Shown here in pieces: positions 22,679-24,000 of a DNA stretch of 24,000 nt. The first letter of the stretch is position 1; each line of letters begins with the position of its first letter. This DNA is from Cronobacter condimenti 1330 (GTDB taxonomy: Bacteria > Pseudomonadota > Gammaproteobacteria > Enterobacterales > Enterobacteriaceae). The notes under the pieces were generated by a model. The model ran no database searches and was not told the origin of the DNA. It was given only the letters and a program-made list of their open reading frames with translations. The stretch spans positions 975,230 to 999,229 of the forward strand of contig NZ_CP012264.1 in the NCBI RefSeq assembly GCF_001277255.1. Direction: 5' to 3'. A program made the translations under genes and the position numbers.

Positions 22679-23578
22679 ATGAATAAGCAACATGTGAAGC
22701 TGGCCATCGCCCCGATAGGCTGGACCAACGACGACATGCCGGAACTGGGGGCTGAAAATACCTTCCAGCAGACGGTCAGCGAAATGGCGCTGGCGGGCTT
22801 CACCGGCAGCGAAGTGGGCAGCAAATACCCGCGCGATCCGGCCCTGCTCAAGCCGATGCTTGAGATCCGCGGTATGGAAATCTGTAACGCCTGGTTTAGC
22901 ACCTTTTTTGCGGCGGGCGAGCGCGAGAAAACGCTCGACGATTTTGTCAATCACATGAACTTCCTGCATGCGATGGGGGCGAAAGTGATTGGCTGCTCTG
23001 AGCAGAGCGGCAGCATTCAGTGCACCACGCTGCCGGTCATGGGGCCGGATAAACCGTGTTTTAGCGAGGGGGAGTGGGCGCGCGTGGCGGAGGGCTACAA
23101 CACGCTCGGCCGGCTCGCCGCCGAAAAGGGCATGCAGGTCTGTCTGCACCATCATATGGGCACCGGTATTCAGACCGCGCAGGAGATAGACACCTTTATG
23201 TCACGAGTGGATGACTCGGTTTATCTGCTGTATGACACCGGACACGCCTGGTATTCCGAAGGCAGCGAAGCGGCGATGCTCGCTATTCTTGAAAAGCATC
23301 TGCCGCGTATTAACCACGTTCACCTGAAAGATGTGCGTCCGACGGTGATTGATGAGGTGAAGCGCGACGGGCTGTCGTTCCTCGCGGGCGTCAGAAAGGG
23401 CACCTTTACCGTGCCTGGCGACGGCGCCATCGATTTTCGTCCGGTCTTCCGGCTGCTGGATGAGTATGGCTATCGGGGCTGGATGGTGGTGGAAGCCGAG
23501 CAGGACCCGGCGCTCGCAAACCCCTTTGAATACGCCGTTAAAGCGCGGCGCTACATTCGGGAAACCGCCGGGATCTAA
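22679..23578 (+). CDS. iolE: myo-Inosose-2 dehydratase IolE
   Basis: 299-aa ORF preceded by GAGAGG. Strong blocks shared with B. subtilis IolE include [44 protein letters not shown] and [12 protein letters not shown]. Confidence 0.93.
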   Translation: MNKQHVKLAIAPIGWTNDDMPELGAENTFQQTVSEMALAGFTGSEVGSKYPRDPALLKPMLEIRGMEICNAWFSTFFAAGEREKTLDDFVNHMNFLHAMGAKVIGCSEQSGSIQCTTLPVMGPDKPCFSEGEWARVAEGYNTLGRLAAEKGMQVCLHHHMGTGIQTAQEIDTFMSRVDDSVYLLYDTGHAWYSEGSEAAMLAILEKHLPRINHVHLKDVRPTVIDEVKRDGLSFLAGVRKGTFTVPGDGAIDFRPVFRLLDEYGYRGWMVVEAEQDPALANPFEYAVKARRYIRETAGI

Positions 23579-23585
23579 AAACGTG

Positions 23586-23620
23586 TGCGGCGAGACGGCA
23601 TCACCGGCGGTCTCGCCGCA
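23586..23620 (+). other. Long perfect stem-loop downstream of iolE (no U-tract)
   Basis: TGCGGCGAGAC (23586-23596), 13-nt loop, GTCTCGCCGCA (23610-23620), an 11-bp perfect stem beginning 8 nt after the iolE stop. It is followed by CCGGCGACGG rather than a T-run. Confidence 0.5.
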
Positions 23621-23655
23621 CCGGCGACGGGCGAATCTGTTCGCAACGCTCATTT

Positions 23656-23675
23656 TTGAAAACAATGTTTCATTT
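23656..23675. promoter_or_regulatory. IolR-operator-like inverted repeat in the spacer downstream of iolE
   Basis: tTGAA-aacaatgt-TTCATtt, matching 9 of 10 arm positions of ATGAA-N8-TTCAT. It contains AATGTTTCATTT, the reverse complement of the 12-mer at 18577-18588. Confidence 0.4.
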
Positions 23676-23904
23676 TGGCTGGTACTGTCTTTACGGCGAC
23701 CCCGGCGCGCCTCGCGGTGCGTCATATGGCATCGACTGGCCTCCCTTCGACATTTTACTGCTTTAATTTCAACTAATTGATTGGATTTTCTGCCAGCGAG
23801 ATCGCAGGTTTTTCTGTGTCTGCGGGGGCGGGTGCGTGCTGATTATCACAAATTAATAACAAAACATGACCGACAACTCAAAATTAAAATTCCATTGTTT
23901 ATAT

Positions 23905-23917
23905 AAATGAAACATTC
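23905..23917. promoter_or_regulatory. IolR-operator-like half-palindrome near the right window edge
   Basis: AAATGAAACATTC matches 12 of 13 positions of AAATGAAACATTT at 18577-18589. It sits in very AT-rich, promoter-like DNA (23840-23945). Confidence 0.35.
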
Positions 23918-24000
23918 GATCTAAATTGAAGGTGGTGAATATATCATCAACCGAGAACGGCGCCCGGCAAGGCCGCCTCGTTTTTCCCCTGAACGGCAGG

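Noticed and set aside
23866-23910. A 14-codon mini-ORF (MTDNSKLKFHCLYK) in the AT-rich tail could be a leader peptide.
   Set aside because: It has no Shine-Dalgarno sequence upstream and no run of regulatory codons. Its stop merely coincides with the AAATGAAA motif. It is indistinguishable from chance in AT-rich DNA.

Overview
This is a GC-rich, Enterobacteriaceae-type chromosomal segment made of four ordinary-looking modules, and every gene appears intact. (1) Bases 1-3470, minus strand: a Fur-box-like site, then a yncE-like beta-propeller gene, then a TonB-dependent siderophore receptor. The yncE-like protein here carries a lipoprotein-type signal and an Ala/Ser/Pro linker. (2) Bases 3575-9367: lacI transcribed divergently from lacZ-lacY, with no lacA. 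The control region holds two near-identical operator-like pseudo-palindromes 135 bp apart. (3) Bases 9580-11603: NAD-malic enzyme maeA plus a convergent 90-aa hydrophobic ORF. (4) Bases 11735-23578: a complete myo-inositol catabolic cluster in four transcription units (iolI | iolA-iolB | iolR and iolC | iolD-iolG-iolH-iolE). Its non-coding spacers share a TTTCATTT/AAATGAAA-core inverted-repeat motif that I interpret as the IolR operator. I saw no tRNA/rRNA, CRISPR array, IS/transposase/integrase, phage gene or recognisable defence/toxin gene. I do not find convincing evidence for a wholly undescribed system. The items most worth a second look are the lipoprotein-type YncE plus receptor unit with an internal terminator, the twin lac operators, the iol operator architecture, the unusually long iolC-iolD spacer, and the unresolved 420-bp non-coding tail at the right edge. 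All calls rest on reading the sequence and ORF translations by eye and on recalled family knowledge. No database search was run.
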